Shown here one piece after another: positions 46,985 through 48,586 of a DNA stretch of 48,586 bases (the first letter of the stretch is position 1; every line of letters starts with the position of its first letter). The notes beneath the pieces are model-generated. The model made no database searches. It had not been told where the DNA came from and was given only the letters and a program-made list of their open reading frames with translations. Both the position numbers and the translations under genes were made by a program. This stretch comes from a virus. Taxonomy: Duplodnaviria > Caudoviricetes. The DNA is taken from the IMG/VR virus record IMGVR_UViG_3300032280_000663, positions 1 through 48,586 of that record. One strand, 5' to 3'.

Positions 46985-48165
46985 GTGTGTAGTCTTTCTA
47001 GTAGAGTATTTAATCTGTCGGCTTTTGAGCTACAAAATAACTGTTGATTGTGTTCTGCATCACTGCGGCAACTTTCAAACCATTGGTGCAAGTCTTGTGA
47101 CTTTATGTGTGCTATTGCTGATCGAACAGCGATCCAGCGTTCAGTGTTGTTTTGTATAGTGTCGTAACTGTTGTCTATTGCATGATCAAATGTGCGATAA
47201 CCTAAATTTCTTAATGCGGCCAACGAACCTGCACAGCCTGCTATGATAAATGGTTGCCCGTGTTTGATTGCTTTGAATGTTTTTTCTGTCAGGAATGCAC
47301 CGCCGGATCCGTCGGCATCAAAGTGAGTTTCCAACACTATGTTACAGTAACTATCTGTGTGGTGATTGATTTCTATCAAGTGATGATCGTTATGTTGTTC
47401 GTGTGTAAGTGTGTCGCAACTGTATGGACCATTGGCTAGGAACTGTTTGATATCTGCTCGAACACCCAGTGTATCCACTTCGATGGGATTGTCAGTTTCG
47501 GCATCGCCAGTGACGATGTCAGTTCCGTAACTCCAGTAACTGTTTTCTAACAGGCCTGAGCAATGCAGATCAGTCATCACTGTGGCTCGCCACCACTTGT
47601 GTGTTCTGCTTAGTACTGTAAAATCACGCAATCGAGGGCGGCTATGTACGGGTGTGGGTGGTATTGCTTGATTGCGGTGCCAGTATAATAATTCATGGTC
47701 TGGAAAATATGCAAATCCGGAAATGGTATCAGCTGCGGTGTTGCCACTGACGAACCGATAACAGTTAGGTGGCAACAAATGATTCTGACACAGTTCGTCT
47801 AGCCGGTCTCGGATACGGAATGGATTGTCGCCTTCGTGATAATAAAACAACACAACAAGTTCTTCTCGTCGCAACTGCCTACGAACTACCTCCGTCATTA
47901 ATGCAAAGTAATCTACATCAAAGTTAAAAAATCCTATACCAACCGTATAATATGCTCCTGCTGTTATACTATTAAAGTCTGACAGTGTGTACTTGACGCC
48001 ATGTGTATTAAAATGTTCGTACAGTTCTGCAGGTACTGTATTAGGCCAATGCTGTACAAACTGTCGCCATTCAGCAGTGTAGGGATTTGCTGACCAGCGA
48101 GCCAGGGCCGGATACGCTTTGCCACGCACTACACGATCAGCAACAAAATTATTTGCGTAGGCCAT
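46981..48165 (-). CDS. Putative GT-B/GT10-like glycosyltransferase-related protein
   Basis: FTVLSRTHKWWR and CNIVLETHF...FLTEKTFKAI.HGQPF...LGYRTF...IDNSYD. Confidence 0.5.
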   Translation of the reverse strand: MAYANNFVADRVVRGKAYPALARWSANPYTAEWRQFVQHWPNTVPAELYEHFNTHGVKYTLSDFNSITAGAYYTVGIGFFNFDVDYFALMTEVVRRQLRREELVVLFYYHEGDNPFRIRDRLDELCQNHLLPPNCYRFVSGNTAADTISGFAYFPDHELLYWHRNQAIPPTPVHSRPRLRDFTVLSRTHKWWRATVMTDLHCSGLLENSYWSYGTDIVTGDAETDNPIEVDTLGVRADIKQFLANGPYSCDTLTHEQHNDHHLIEINHHTDSYCNIVLETHFDADGSGGAFLTEKTFKAIKHGQPFIIAGCAGSLAALRNLGYRTFDHAIDNSYDTIQNNTERWIAVRSAIAHIKSQDLHQWFESCRSDAEHNQQLFCSSKADRLNTLLERLHT

Positions 48166-48586
48166 CCAGCATACCTATAAGTTCGGGCCAAAGCACGTCT
48201 GTTAAACCACCTTTGTAAAAATGATTATAATTGTGTTCCACAATAGGTAAACAGGCACGATGTATTTCTTGGCGTTCTTTAAGGGACAAGCGGTCTAAGT
48301 CTTTTAATAACCTAGTAACCTTTTCCACACGTACAATGTCGTCGGTTTCGGTGTCATAGCTCTCATCGAATACTGAACTGAATGTTTGGAATCCGTAACT
48401 GCGCAGATACTCTAAACTGTGGGCAGGTGCTACCAATGCAAATGGCATCTCCAATGCAATGGCCTTGAATGTTTTTTCTGTTATGTGCGTTCTGCGTCCA
48501 AAGTACAAGGTTTCGGTAGGAACATATACCAAGCTGTCTTGTGCTTCTGCATAGTTACCTAACCAGCAACTGGTCATCTGTTGTGA
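48149..48586 (-). CDS. Same GT-B/GT10-like family, C-terminal part (5'-truncated by window edge)
   Basis: The frame is open to the window end. It contains VYVPTET...HITEKTFKAIALEMPF...YGFQTF..VFDESYD. Confidence 0.55.
   Translation of the reverse strand, partial: SQQMTSCWLGNYAEAQDSLVYVPTETLYFGRRTHITEKTFKAIALEMPFALVAPAHSLEYLRSYGFQTFSSVFDESYDTETDDIVRVEKVTRLLKDLDRLSLKERQEIHRACLPIVEHNYNHFYKGGLTDVLWPELIGMLDGLRK

Noticed and set aside
1-48586. Alternative genetic code (stop-codon reassignment) as in some jumbo phages
   Set aside because: Code 11 already gives near-complete coding density including a 14.4-kb ORF. The two split-gene junctions are frame changes, not in-frame stops.

Overview
The window is a gene-dense segment of a large (jumbo-type) myovirus-like phage genome with 34 CDSs in the standard code. 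I found no rRNA, tRNA, CRISPR array or mobile element. The left part (1-28042, + strand) is a late virion module. It holds split baseplate-hub-like genes, a gp5/VgrG-like spike, a lysozyme-like domain split over two ORFs, gp25- and gp6-like wedge proteins, and a 4797-aa multidomain structural protein. It ends with small baseplate/fibre proteins, one carrying a C-terminal autocleaving chaperone, then a cUNCGg terminator. The right part (28116-48586) is a >20-kb biosynthetic or modification island made of two convergent, translationally coupled operons. It encodes seven radical SAM enzymes with an N-terminal twitch/SPASM-like domain, three GT-A-like and three GT-B/GT10-like putative glycosyltransferases, and a NodU/CmcH/TobZ-type carbamoyltransferase preceded by an unannotated 33-aa PFIY peptide. 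It also encodes an amidinotransferase, an SGNH-like protein and an isochorismatase-like protein. This island is the best candidate for an undescribed system, either a phage-encoded sugar/glycan tailoring pathway for virion proteins or a DNA or host-surface modification pathway. All family calls come from motif recognition by eye; no searches were run.
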